Below, in pieces: positions 19,827-32,300 of a stretch of DNA of 64,000 nt (the first letter of the stretch is position 1; every line of letters starts with the position of its first letter). The position numbers and the translations under genes were made by a program. This stretch comes from a virus, in IMG/VR virus record IMGVR_UViG_3300030331_002523, positions 1 through 64,000 of that record; one strand, 5' to 3'. The notes beneath the pieces are model-generated. The model did not search any database. It had not been told where the DNA came from and was given only the letters and a program-made list of their open reading frames with translations.

Positions 19827-22800
19827 ATGGCAACATATATACCAAACGTAAAAGATTATATACCAAAGAGTGAGCCGTATACTCCTGACTTTAAATTTAT
19901 TTCTGATGCTTTAGCAAACAGACAGGATAGATATGATAAAAATTTAGCTCAACTAAATAATCTTTATGGTCAAGTTGTTTATGCTGATTTGTCTAGAGAA
20001 GATAATAAGAGTGTAAGAGACCAATATACTAAAGAATTAGCACCTAAGATACAACAAGTAACAGGTTTAGACTTTTCTTTAGCTCAAAATGTTGATGCTG
20101 CACAAGCTTTATTTAAACCATTTTATGATGATGCGCATATTGTAAGAGATCTTGTTTATACAAAACAGTATAAAAATGAAATGAAGAAAGCTGAGGCTTA
20201 TAAAAATAGTCCTGATAAAGATGCTAATTCTAAGTACTGGGCAGATGGAGTTAAGTATATGAATTATCAGATGCAAGATTTTAAAGATGCAACTAGAGAA
20301 AAATCTATGACTAAGGCATTGCCACAATATTTTCAAAATCCTGATCTTTATAATAGAGCACTAGAAGTTTTGACAACTGGTGGACCAGATGGTAAGGGTT
20401 TTAAAGTTAAAAATATGTATCTTGATTCAACTGGTAATTTTATTGTTGAACAAGAAAATGGTATAGAATTATTATCTAGACCAACTGGTGCAATGATAGA
20501 TAATCCTAATTTTGATCCCAATAAAAAAGAAGGGACAAATAATCCAAAACTAATCCCAGAAATGTATAATCCAGCTGGATCACATATTAGGTTTGCATTA
20601 GGTAGAGATCCTATTATACAACAAGGTATGCAAGTACAGGGTTATGTAGCTGCACGTGATTGGATGGAAGCTAATAAAGATAAATATGGTGGTAATATGG
20701 ATGCTGCTAAAAATGCTTGGTCTGATATGATAATTGCACAATATACTACAGATGAGTCAGCAAACATTAAAAAAGGAAAACAGGAATTAGATAAATTAAA
20801 TAAAACAGCTAATAGTTGGGATTCATATATAAAGGACGCACCTCTTGTTGAGATGTCTGATGAATATAAAAATTGGCTGCAAACTATAGCTTCAAGAGGC
20901 GCTTTACAAAAAGGGCTTGATGAAGCTGAATCAAATATAGAGTTTGTAAATTCTCAACCTGAAAATGCAGAAAATAAATTTAATAGAGCTATGACAGCTT
21001 ATGTATATAATTCTATACAAGGAGAAATATTTAAAGCTGCACAAAATTATGCTGATCTAACATCTGTAAGAGAGATAGATGAAAATCAATTTGCATTAGA
21101 AAAATATAAAGCAGATAGAAGAGAGGAATTAGCAAGATTAAAAGCAAGATTAAAAAGTCAAGCTGAGAAGAATAAAAATCAAACCTCATTTAGTTCTAAT
21201 CCTTTTGCTCCTAGAGGTGGTAATAACATTCCAGGGGATGCAAATGAGAATATGATATTTATGCCTTTAGATGAAAATGGAAATTCAGATTTTATTGGAG
21301 CAAATAGAAACAGTCAAAAAACTGCACTAGAGGCATTAGATGAATATGATTTATATTTTATAAAAGAGTTTTATACTAAGTTTGCAGACGAGTTAAACTC
21401 TGATATAAATACAGCAAATATGAATAGTTTAACCTTAACATCTGCAAATGATGAATTAGGTGAGGTATCTACTGCTGGTATATTTGTACCTAATTACACT
21501 AGTGGAAAGTTAGATTTTTATTCATGGGATGAGACACCTAAGTTGTTAGAAACTAATCCTAACTTTATTAGAAGACATTATGAGTATGTATCATCTGGTC
21601 TAAATAATTATGCTAAAGTTTTTCCGTCTATACAAAAAGATGAGATGAGTACTTTTATGGGTGATATGTCTGAGTTAACTATGGTACGTGAAAACTTACA
21701 AACCAGATATGATATTACTCAAAAAGAAATGGCCAATGTATATGCTAATGTTATAGATAAATTAGGTTTAAATAGTAAAAAAAGTTTACAAGGATTTAAT
21801 TTTGAAGGTGATCCTGTAGATTTTATGGATAGTAGAGGAAATATTAGAACAATAGATGAGATTGTAGAGGAAAGAAAGAACTTAGTACTGGGTCAAATAT
21901 TACCATTACTACCACGTACAATACCAAGTCTTGAGGAAAGTATAGAGCTTAGTCTAAGTGGTCAACTTAATAATAGTAAGCAGATAAGAAATAGACAAAC
22001 TGGTCAAGTATATAATGTACCTATGAGTTTTGTAGATGTGTTAAATGATACATACGGTGCAGATAGAATAACTGATCAAGTTATTGATGCACAGTGGAGA
22101 AGCACACCTGCATTTGGTATGCAATCTTATTATGTTGCAAATGAACTAAAACCATTAGCAGAGTATTTAGCTAGTGTTGGTGTTGATCCTAGAACAAATG
22201 GTCCTATGGTATTAGCTCAAACATACTATCTACCATCAGATAGCCGTGATAATTTTTCTGAATATATTAGAAGAGATCAATCTGATGATGAATTAAATAA
22301 TCAATTAGTTGGACCATTTAATCAATTACAAAAAGTTGTTGGTCAAATGCATGGTATGATTAACAAAGAGATGTCTAGTATAAATGCTATACCTGGAGTA
22401 ACTGCATTTAACTTTGATTCAAGATTTTATGGTAGAGATGATGCAGGTGATGGGGCAATATCTAATGGGCGTGAGTACAAAATGGATTCTAGCTTTGATC
22501 CAGCAGGTGTAAATGAAACATTAAAGATATTTGATATAATAGAAAGATTACCATATGGTACAGGACAAATAGCTCTTGTTGGTGATTTTGGTAATGCATA
22601 TAGTGAAGATTTACCAACGCTACTTCAGGAGAAAGATAATGCTTGGTGGACTAAAAATTATGGTGTAGAGGTGCCAGATGGACGGGTAGCATTAAAAGGT
22701 TCAGAAGTTTTAAAACAAATTAAATTAGATCTTGCTCAACTTTATGAAAGAGGTCCTAAGTCATTTGGTATAGGTAAAGCTCCTTCATTTAGAATAGAGA

Positions 22801-23348
22801 GTTTTCCATATGGTGGTGGTAAAGGTGCTGAAGGTAATCAATTAATAAAAAAGATAATCTTAGATGAAAGTTATGCAAGGACATTAGAAGAGATATTTAC
22901 TGCTAAAAATGAGAAATTTCAAGATGAGAAATTTAAGATTCCTAACAATACTCTTACTATATTTGCTAATAGAGAATTATATGATGATCCGCAAGATCCT
23001 GCTTATCAGTATGTTTCTGGTGTAGGATTTAGAATTGGTGCTACTGGTTCTAATGGTCAAGATATTTTAAATATAGATAGAGGGGGTAAAGTTGTATTTG
23101 AAAAAAGAGGTGGTATATATTATGCTAAGGAAGCAAAATATACTTATGATGGAACAAATTATAATTTAGGAACATTTACAGCACCAACACCTTTAATTAA
23201 ACAAAATGGTGAACCTTTTAGTGAAAAGGAGGTAGATGCATATTACAGATTTAAACATCAACAAATGGTACAAAATGCACAAACTAATTTACAATTTTCT
23301 AATAATAGCAAAAGAAGTAAAACCAATGATAACTCTCTTAATGAATAA
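19827..23348 (+). CDS. Large ejection/cargo protein (first of the three giant vRNAP-block proteins)
   Basis: 1173 aa; N-terminus MATY...Y.P..PY.PDF...AL..RQ.RYD resembles the protein preceding vRNAP in crAss-like phages. Confidence 0.6.
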   Translation: MATYIPNVKDYIPKSEPYTPDFKFISDALANRQDRYDKNLAQLNNLYGQVVYADLSREDNKSVRDQYTKELAPKIQQVTGLDFSLAQNVDAAQALFKPFYDDAHIVRDLVYTKQYKNEMKKAEAYKNSPDKDANSKYWADGVKYMNYQMQDFKDATREKSMTKALPQYFQNPDLYNRALEVLTTGGPDGKGFKVKNMYLDSTGNFIVEQENGIELLSRPTGAMIDNPNFDPNKKEGTNNPKLIPEMYNPAGSHIRFALGRDPIIQQGMQVQGYVAARDWMEANKDKYGGNMDAAKNAWSDMIIAQYTTDESANIKKGKQELDKLNKTANSWDSYIKDAPLVEMSDEYKNWLQTIASRGALQKGLDEAESNIEFVNSQPENAENKFNRAMTAYVYNSIQGEIFKAAQNYADLTSVREIDENQFALEKYKADRREELARLKARLKSQAEKNKNQTSFSSNPFAPRGGNNIPGDANENMIFMPLDENGNSDFIGANRNSQKTALEALDEYDLYFIKEFYTKFADELNSDINTANMNSLTLTSANDELGEVSTAGIFVPNYTSGKLDFYSWDETPKLLETNPNFIRRHYEYVSSGLNNYAKVFPSIQKDEMSTFMGDMSELTMVRENLQTRYDITQKEMANVYANVIDKLGLNSKKSLQGFNFEGDPVDFMDSRGNIRTIDEIVEERKNLVLGQILPLLPRTIPSLEESIELSLSGQLNNSKQIRNRQTGQVYNVPMSFVDVLNDTYGADRITDQVIDAQWRSTPAFGMQSYYVANELKPLAEYLASVGVDPRTNGPMVLAQTYYLPSDSRDNFSEYIRRDQSDDELNNQLVGPFNQLQKVVGQMHGMINKEMSSINAIPGVTAFNFDSRFYGRDDAGDGAISNGREYKMDSSFDPAGVNETLKIFDIIERLPYGTGQIALVGDFGNAYSEDLPTLLQEKDNAWWTKNYGVEVPDGRVALKGSEVLKQIKLDLAQLYERGPKSFGIGKAPSFRIESFPYGGGKGAEGNQLIKKIILDESYARTLEEIFTAKNEKFQDEKFKIPNNTLTIFANRELYDDPQDPAYQYVSGVGFRIGATGSNGQDILNIDRGGKVVFEKRGGIYYAKEAKYTYDGTNYNLGTFTAPTPLIKQNGEPFSEKEVDAYYRFKHQQMVQNAQTNLQFSNNSKRSKTNDNSLNE

Positions 23349-23353
23349 AATCA

Positions 23354-26300
23354 ATGGCTCTAGAAGAATTAAATACGTATAGTGGTGCTGTAGATAATAC
23401 ACCAAACAATCAGAATAATCCTGAAGATAATAATAGGATAGCTCCAGATAATCTTCAAGTGCAAACTGTTTTAGATCCTGTAACTATTAATCAGGGTCCT
23501 ACACAGGTGGGTAAAACTCATCAAAATAATTTAGGAAGGATTGTACCTGGACCAGCTCCTGGAATGATTGATCTAGAGGTAAGAGATGTTTTAATACCAT
23601 CTCCATTACCTATTGGTCCTCTTGATCCTACAGTTGTTGAGAATGCTGATGTGTTACAAAATGTGTTAAAATATAATCCGGTAGAAATGAATTTTCCTGG
23701 TGTACTTGATCCTAACTCACCTATCTATAAACAACAACCAACACCCAAATTGCAATTAACAGATCTGCAAAAAGAAATACAAATGTTTGGACAGGATACA
23801 AACATGCCTGATCCTGTTACAGCAGAACAACCATTAAGATTTGGTATAAAAGCTACAAATTATGATAGATATGATGCACCAGGTTTTGAACAATTATTTA
23901 ATGATATAGGATTTCATCCTTATGTAGATAATGAATCTTATTATAATGCTAATTCTACATGGTGGGATGAGAATGCAAGAATGCGTAGCCAATGGGGAAA
24001 GATTTTTAGTACTGGTTTTATGAGTACTTATAGAGCAATTAGTGATGCATTTAGAGGTGATTATTTAGCACCAGACACAAGTGGATCAGATGTTTTTGAA
24101 GATGCTATGCGTATTGGTAATTCATCTAAGGGTGGTACAGGTGCTTTCTTTAATAACTTGGCATTAAATTCAGGATACACTTTTGGTATTCTTGCAAATA
24201 TAGCTGTAGAAGAACTTGCACTAGCTGGTTTAGAAGCCGTAACATTTGGAGGTGCTACTCCTGTTGTAGCTAGTAGAACAGCATATAATCTAGTAAGAGG
24301 TGGTAAAGCATTAAGAGGTGCTCCAAAAGTAAAACAAACAGCTGCAGCTAGTAAGTCTTTGTTACAAAGAATGAAAAACTTTGATTTTACTAGAGATGTT
24401 TGGAATGCTGGTGGTAGATTTTTAGGTAATGCAGTTACACCTAACACATACAAAGCTATTAAAAATATTTATACTACAAATAATACAGCACGTCAGCTAT
24501 CTGGATTAGCAAAAATCTCAAGTACTGTTGGTGGTTTATATAGAGATGTAAGAGCTGTAAATTTAGCTATGTCTGAATCAAAATTAGAGGCTGGTTTTGT
24601 AGAGAACTCAACATTTAATAATTTATATTCTCAACATTTAGCAGACTTTGGAGCTCCACCAACTGGTAAACCTCTTGAAGATATGAGAATGGCAGGAGCA
24701 GAAGCTGCATTTACAGCAACATTATGGAACTTCCCACTAATCTATTTTTCAAATGCTATTGTTTTTGACACAGCATTAAGAGGATTTAAAGGTCTTGCAA
24801 AACCTATGGCTGATCTAACTACAGAAGCTGGTAAAAGGGTGGTTAGAAAAACAAAAGGTCAGTTAGCAAAAGAAACTGCTAAAAAGGGAACTAAAGGTAG
24901 TGTAGAAGCATATGTAGATTTAGGCAAAACAGTATCAGGTTTTGGTATAAGAAGAACATTTAAAAGAGGTATAAGAGGTAATCTTAATTTACTTAAATGG
25001 GGTGGTCTAAGATACTTTGGAGCAAATTATGTTGAAGGTATGCAAGAAGTTGGACAAGAGGCTATTGCTGTTGGTGCAGAAGATTATTATACAAATCTTT
25101 ACAATGATCCATCTATGGGTGGGATAGATGCTCAGATGGCCTCTATCTATCATGGTATAGGATCTCAGATGACTTCTCATGGTTTTGAAGTATTTATGTC
25201 TGGGTTCTTAATGGGTGGTTTAGTACAAGGTCCACAAAAGTTAGTTTTTAATACTTTACCTGAACTATTTCAATCTAAGTTTAATAAAGAAAAGTTTGCT
25301 GCATATGATAAATCAAGAGAAGACTATATTAAAAATGTAGTTAAAGTTTCTAATGAAGTTTATAATGATCCTGATTTTTATTTTAATGAAACTAAATTAA
25401 ATGCAATACAGCAAAAATTATCTAATGAAGATTTCTTTGCTGCATCATATGCAGGTAGTGCATTAAATGGATATGACGCTAAAGATTCAGGAATATTTCA
25501 TCATTTATATACTTTAGCAGAATCTGGTAAATTACATGACTTTAGACAAGATATAAAAGCTTTTCAAAAGCTTGATGACAAAGCATTATTAGAAGCATTC
25601 CCACAAGCTACTGAAGAAGATGTTAAGTCTGGTAAACTGAGAGAAAGGTTAACACAAATGGAGACCCGTTTAGATAAGATTGATAAGGCTTATAAAAAAC
25701 TTAATGATGAAATTATAAATCCATTTGATCCAAGTTTATATAAAGAAGGAACACAAGAGCACCTAAATGAAAAAATAAATCAGGCTGCATTTCATCATGC
25801 TAAGATGATTTCAATTTTTGCTAATGATACATTTGAGAGGGCAGTAGAAAGAGCTAATTCAATGTATAATGATATATCTGAAATTAGTGGTGAGTTTGCT
25901 ACTAATGATGTTGATAATCTATTAGATATTAAAAAGCTTATATCTGAGATTGATCTTTTAAAGATAGAGATTGAGTTATCTAATAAACCTGAAATAGTTC
26001 TTAATGAAGAAGGAGAAGCTGTAGAACAAAAGAAAGAATTATCAGATGATGAAAAGATTTTAATTGAAAAGAAAAAAGAAAGATTAGTTTTATTACAAAA
26101 TATATTTAAAGTACTATCTAATCCTGCTTTTGTTAATAGAGGTCCTTTTGTAAGTGTTGTGCCTAAACAAGATGAGGAGGAAGAGCAAACAGAACAACAA
26201 AAAGCAACAGAACAACAGATCTATGAAAAGTCTTTAGAAACAATGAGAGCAAGAATTTTGTCTGATGAAGCATTAAAGACAGATCCTGATCTTATTAGAA

Positions 26301-29300
26301 AACTAGCTGCATCTGTATCAGATCCTTTTGGTGAGTTTAAAACAGAGAATATTGAAGAGTTAACTGCAGTTATTAGACCATATTTAGAGTTTTTACTTAT
26401 AAATACAGAAAATGCTGATGTATCATCATTGCCTACAGATATAACAGAAATAGTACAAAAAATAATTGACTATAAAACAGTAAAGGGTAGATCAGAAGAT
26501 GTAGACTTTGCTATGAGAAATATATTAAGTCCTGAGAATTTAGCATCATTAGCTGAGAAAATTGCTCCAAGATTTAAGAAAGTATATTTTGAAAATAAAG
26601 GTAAGGTTGAAGAAAGAATAAGAAACTATGTAGGTATAGTAGAAAGAAATGAGTTTTTATCTACACTAGCAAAAGCAGGTATTTTTCCAAGGGATGAGCA
26701 GGTTGCTAAGTTTCTTAAGGATGGTACAATGCCAACAATTTATGGTAACTATAATGGTGTTATAGATGAGACAAGTGGACAACCATGGACAATCTTACAA
26801 GATGCTATAAAAAAGTATGAAGGTATAAGAAGTAAAAAAGATAAACCTAAATCACAGGAAACAACAGAGAAGGATGAGACTAATGTAGATGATAACTTTA
26901 ACTATGAAGAAAACTTTGAAGATATAGATCCTGAGCCAGAGGTTGATCCAGATAATATAGAGGCAGAACAAGAAAAGATAGAAGATAAAAAGATTGCTAA
27001 GGACTATCTAAAAGAACAGTGGAGAAAGTATGTAAAACTTAGATCTAGTAAAGATCAAAACTATTTAGATTATACAGCTTGGTTAAAGAGTGATAATTCA
27101 CGTACTGTAAGAAAGAGAGCTAAAGCTATAAATGATATAGTACAAAATGTATATACACCTGCAATTGTATCTGGTGAAACAACAAAACCTTTTTACGAGT
27201 TTTTATCTGAGAAAAGAAATGATAGACGTGTTAGAGATATTTTAAGATTGTATAATTTAACTATAGGACAAATATCTTCTGCAGCTTTACCAAAGAGTGT
27301 TGATACAAGTAATGAAAATACAAAGAAAAGAAAAACAACTCCTCATAGTTCTGGATTAAATATACAGAAGAGAAGTATGAGAACTAAGGAAGGAGAAGAA
27401 GTTACTGAATATATTATTGTAGATAACAACAAAGATCCTATAAATGATAATATCTATAGTACAGCAAGAGAAGCTACTACAGCTAGGAATGCTATTGCTA
27501 AAGCAGAGACACCAGAGGAAACTTATACTATAGGTCAAGAACAAATATCTAAAGGTGAAATAGTTCAAGATAAAAATGGTAACTGGTGGACAGTACAGTC
27601 TGATAAGAAACAAGTTGAGGGCGGTAAAATAACATTACATAAATACAATGTAAAAAATCCAAGAAAGAAAGATAAGAAAAATATAAAAATTTCTACATTT
27701 CAGAAAGGTTATACAGTTGTTACTAATGATGAAATAAACTTTATTAATACGGTAAGTAAGTTACCAGTAAGAGAACCTTTAACAGTATTTCCTGCAAGAG
27801 ATAATAAAATAGAAAACTATGAAGAAAGAGTAGCTAAGTCTGTAGAACAACAACAAGAGTTTTTTAGAAAATTAACTCCATCACAAATAGAACTTATAGA
27901 TGTTGAGATTATTAAAAATCAACAGCAAGGAGATATTGATATTAGAAATAGACGTAGTTTTAGATTTGGTGATAAAGAAACTAATGATAAAATTAAACTT
28001 GGATCTCAAAGGTATAGTATTAAGTTATCACTATATAATTCAAAAACTAAAACAAATGATGTACTTGGATATTTTCAAGGACCTGAGACAGCATTGTTTC
28101 TGACACAAAGTGGAAAAAATGGTAAACAATTATCTCCTTTTCAAATTGATGAAAGTAATGTTAGAGAATACTTTATTATATACCCAAATCAAAATATACA
28201 AGATGTTGTAAAACAGATACATGAAAATTATACTGCAGGATTTTATATTTATGATCAGATAGATAAGATGTTTGAGAATAGAATAGAGAGTAAGCTAGAA
28301 GTGAAACTATCTGATTTACCTTTTTTAAGTGCAGCATTAAGTCCTGGACAGCAATCATTAAATCCAAATAATGATAGAATACCTTTTAACACTTTAGAAA
28401 CTCAGTTTGTTTTAGGTGATACTACTGATACTACTGATGGTAACAAACCATATTATATTTTAGATTTCCAAAGAGATTATGAAAGACGTGGAGATGATAA
28501 GATTACAGCACTACCTATAACAAATATAAAATCAAACACTGAGTTACGTGCACGTATTAGAGAAAAAGTAAAAGACTTTCAGAAATCTGATATTAAAAAT
28601 AAACTGGGTAGATATTTTGCATATGTAGAATTAGAAAATGGCGCTGGATCTTTTGTTGATCTTAGTCCTGCTGAGATGTCAGATGCTGATTTTAATAAGA
28701 TGTTAGCTGATATGAAAAAAGTATCACAGAATACTTATGATAATAACACAGAAGAGAATAAAGCAGGTGCAAGAGTAGCAAAGAAACTTAACTATAAGAA
28801 CAATGATGAATTGTCTAAGAAGTTAAATGAAGAATTATTTATTGCAACAGACAAAAAGGGTGAATATATTACTTTATCATACTCTCCTGCAAGTGGACTT
28901 ACTATAGATTATGTAAACCTTAATGCTAAAAAGAATTCTAAAAAAAGAAAAGGTAAAGGTTTTATGAGTAATGACAATTTGCAAAAGGTAAGAGATCAAG
29001 TTGATTTTGCAAAGGAGTTAAATAGTATTATAAAAGATGCATCTGGTATAGATATAAAACCTGAATCATTTAAGTATTCTGTAAATAAAGAAGGAGAAGG
29101 TATTGATATTATTGGTTTAATGTTAACAAGACATAAGCCAGAAATCAAATCTAATTTTAGTTTACAGTTAAAAGTAGATCCTGTTGAGATATCTTTAGAA
29201 AAATATCAGGCTAATTTACTAACATCACTTAACTTAGAAGAAGTAACTGAAGACAATGAGACAGAAGAGGCACCTTTAAAATTAACATCTGAAGAGAAAA

Positions 29301-32300
29301 TAGAAATTGTAAAATCAGATTACAAAGCTGTATCAAGAGAAAAGTTAAAAAGTATTGCTAGAAAACTAGTTAATGGAGAAGTTTTAGATGAGTTTGATAA
29401 CAATATACTAGAAGAAAATAATGATGTTATTGATGGTCTTAAATTAGAAATTATATCCGAAAATAATGAAGGTGTTATAACTGAGTCTGGTGCTGCTAAT
29501 CAAACTGTATTAGATGCTTTAGACATTGCAGAAAAAGCTCTTGATGATTTTATTAAAGATTATAGAAAAGCAAGACTTGAAGAGCTTGGTGATACAATGA
29601 ATCAAGCTAGCAAGAATAGATTGATAAATAAAGAAATCAAAGATTTTAAATCAAATCCTGCAAACCCGTTATACTTAAGCTATAGAAAGTTAATAAATAC
29701 TATTAATCAATTAGAAGATGATTCTAATGCTTATAAGATAACAGATGAGTTTGATGGAAATGATATAGAAGATGTGGATACATTTGGTAGATGGTTACAA
29801 GAAAATGTAAATACTGACTATGTTCAATTAGATCCAGGTTTAGTTGTAGACAAAATGATAAATGATAAGACAATAGTTGGTAAAGTTATAATGAGTTTCC
29901 AAAGAATTGCTGATGGTACACCTGGTTTAACTACTACAATAAAAGTTGGAACTGACACACCATTTAAATATCATGAAGCATTCCATGCAGTATTTAGAAC
30001 ATTTTTAACTGACGCTGAGATTAGTAAATATTTATCTTTAGCTGCTGTTAAAGTAAATGCTAAGTTAAAAGCAGAGGGTAAAACTTTAGATCAGGCATTA
30101 GAAGAAATGCGTATGGAACATCCTATGTACACACAAATGGATAAAGCAACTCTTACTGACAGATTATATGAAGAGTTTATGGCTGATGAGTTTGATAAAT
30201 TTAAGATGGATCAAAGATCTGCTAATGTTGACACAGAAACTAAGAGTTTATTCCAAAGAATTATAGATTTAATTTTATCTATCTTAGGTAGATTCCAAAC
30301 TAACACACTAACTAGATTATATAAAAATATTGATTCTGGTAAGTATAAAAATGCAGGTGTTGCACAAAATAGATTTACAAGCCCATTTCTTAATGAGTTT
30401 GACACAACACCAAGTGTAGCTCTTAAGGTATCTATAAAGTTGGGTACTAAGACTATAAAAAAGTTTAATTCTGATAAGACTAGTTACATTAAAAAAAGAA
30501 TTAATAACTATATGCCTGCTGATGATCAGCATACTATTATTTCTGGTATAACTAACTTATTTATTATGCGAGAAATGAAGTCTGATTATCCTAATCCTGA
30601 AGTTATATTAGATGAGGCTATTTTTGATTTTATAGAGTTATATAATCCTGACAGAGAGTTTTATACTGCACAAGAAGACTGGTATACAGAGAATGCACAA
30701 AAGATTGATTTATATTATACATCATTGCTAAATCAAGCAGATAAACTAAAAGAAGCTGTTTTAGATAGACTAGCAGATTTTAATTATCAAGTAGATCAAA
30801 AGTCTATTGAAAGAGAAGAAGCAGAAGCAGACTTTGGAGATATTACAAGTGAGCAATGGGATAGACAAGTTAATGAAATAGGTGGTTATGGATCAGCTCC
30901 TAGGTTAGTAAGAAGGCTTTTAGCAGGAACTACAATAGCTGAACAAGATATGTTTGGTAATAAGTTTGTAGATGAGAATAATAAAGAGCCTGTTTTAGTT
31001 AGTATTGACTATAACATGGTATATGAATCATTGTTAAAAATAGCAGCCGGAGAAACTAACACAAGAAGGATGTTAGAAAAGATTTGGGTATATGCTGATG
31101 GTAATCCTCAAACAAAAGCTGCTGTTGATGAGATGTATAAGCAAATGGGTATTATAGAATTTGCTAGATCTGGTGAGTTGTTTGATCCTACACAACCTAT
31201 GCCAACGATTAATTCTGAAAGTGGAGTACAGGAATCTTTATATCAGATGTTTACTAATACTTTTAAGAACTTTAGACAAGATTATATGATTGTCCATAGA
31301 GATAAGGGTACAGGTATTGTTCATCTATATTCTGCAACTAAGTCTGATGATGCACATCACTCTCTAATACAGATGGCAGATAGTTTTAATACTAAGTATT
31401 CAAAACTTAAGATTGAAGGCTCTGAAGAAAAACAATTAGCAATAGATGCATTAGAAGATTTAGCTCAGTTTATTTCATATAGACAAGTACCAGAAGATAT
31501 AAACCTTCTTGACGAGGCAAAAAGAATTTCTACAGATCTTTATAACACAACAGGAATTAAGGTATCTGCTAACTACTTATTATTTAGTTTATATCAAAGA
31601 CTTATAGATCAAAATATAGAACTAGACTATAAACAAGAATTATTATTTGAGGCTTTTGATTATGCAGAACCTATAGTTTTTGAAGATGTTCAAGAGATTA
31701 CAAAGTCTATTCAAAGAAATGAAAATATATTTTTAGATAATCAGTTTGATGAAAGAGATCAGTCTAATAATGAAGAGAAACAAACAGAACAAGAGCAAGA
31801 TACAGAGACAGAACCTGAGCAGTATGAAGCAGGTGCACAAGGTAGATTAAGATCAATTGCCTTAAACAATGCATACTTTGATGAGTCTATTGGTTCTTCT
31901 ACATTCTTTGATGCAGAAAACAATAGAATATACTCACATCAACAAGGTACTTTCCATTTAGAAAAGATAGCTGAAATGGATAATGCTGATTTTATTGATT
32001 TAAAAAAGGGTGAGTCAGCATATATGTCTGATAACTTTTTAATTAATGATCCAGCTTTCCAATCTATGGTTATGAATGGTCAAGTAAGATCAATGAGAAT
32101 AGGTGGCTATAAAGAAGGTAGATTAGCTGTTTCACCTGCTGGTAAGATTAAGGCTGCAAAAAGTTATAACAGAAACGAAAAGGGAACTAAGTTTGGATCA
32201 TTAACACCACAACAGTTTATACTATCTGTTATAGATGCATACTTATATAACTATAATAGGATATCACCTGACAAAACAAAACTAGGTTCTTATGAAGGTA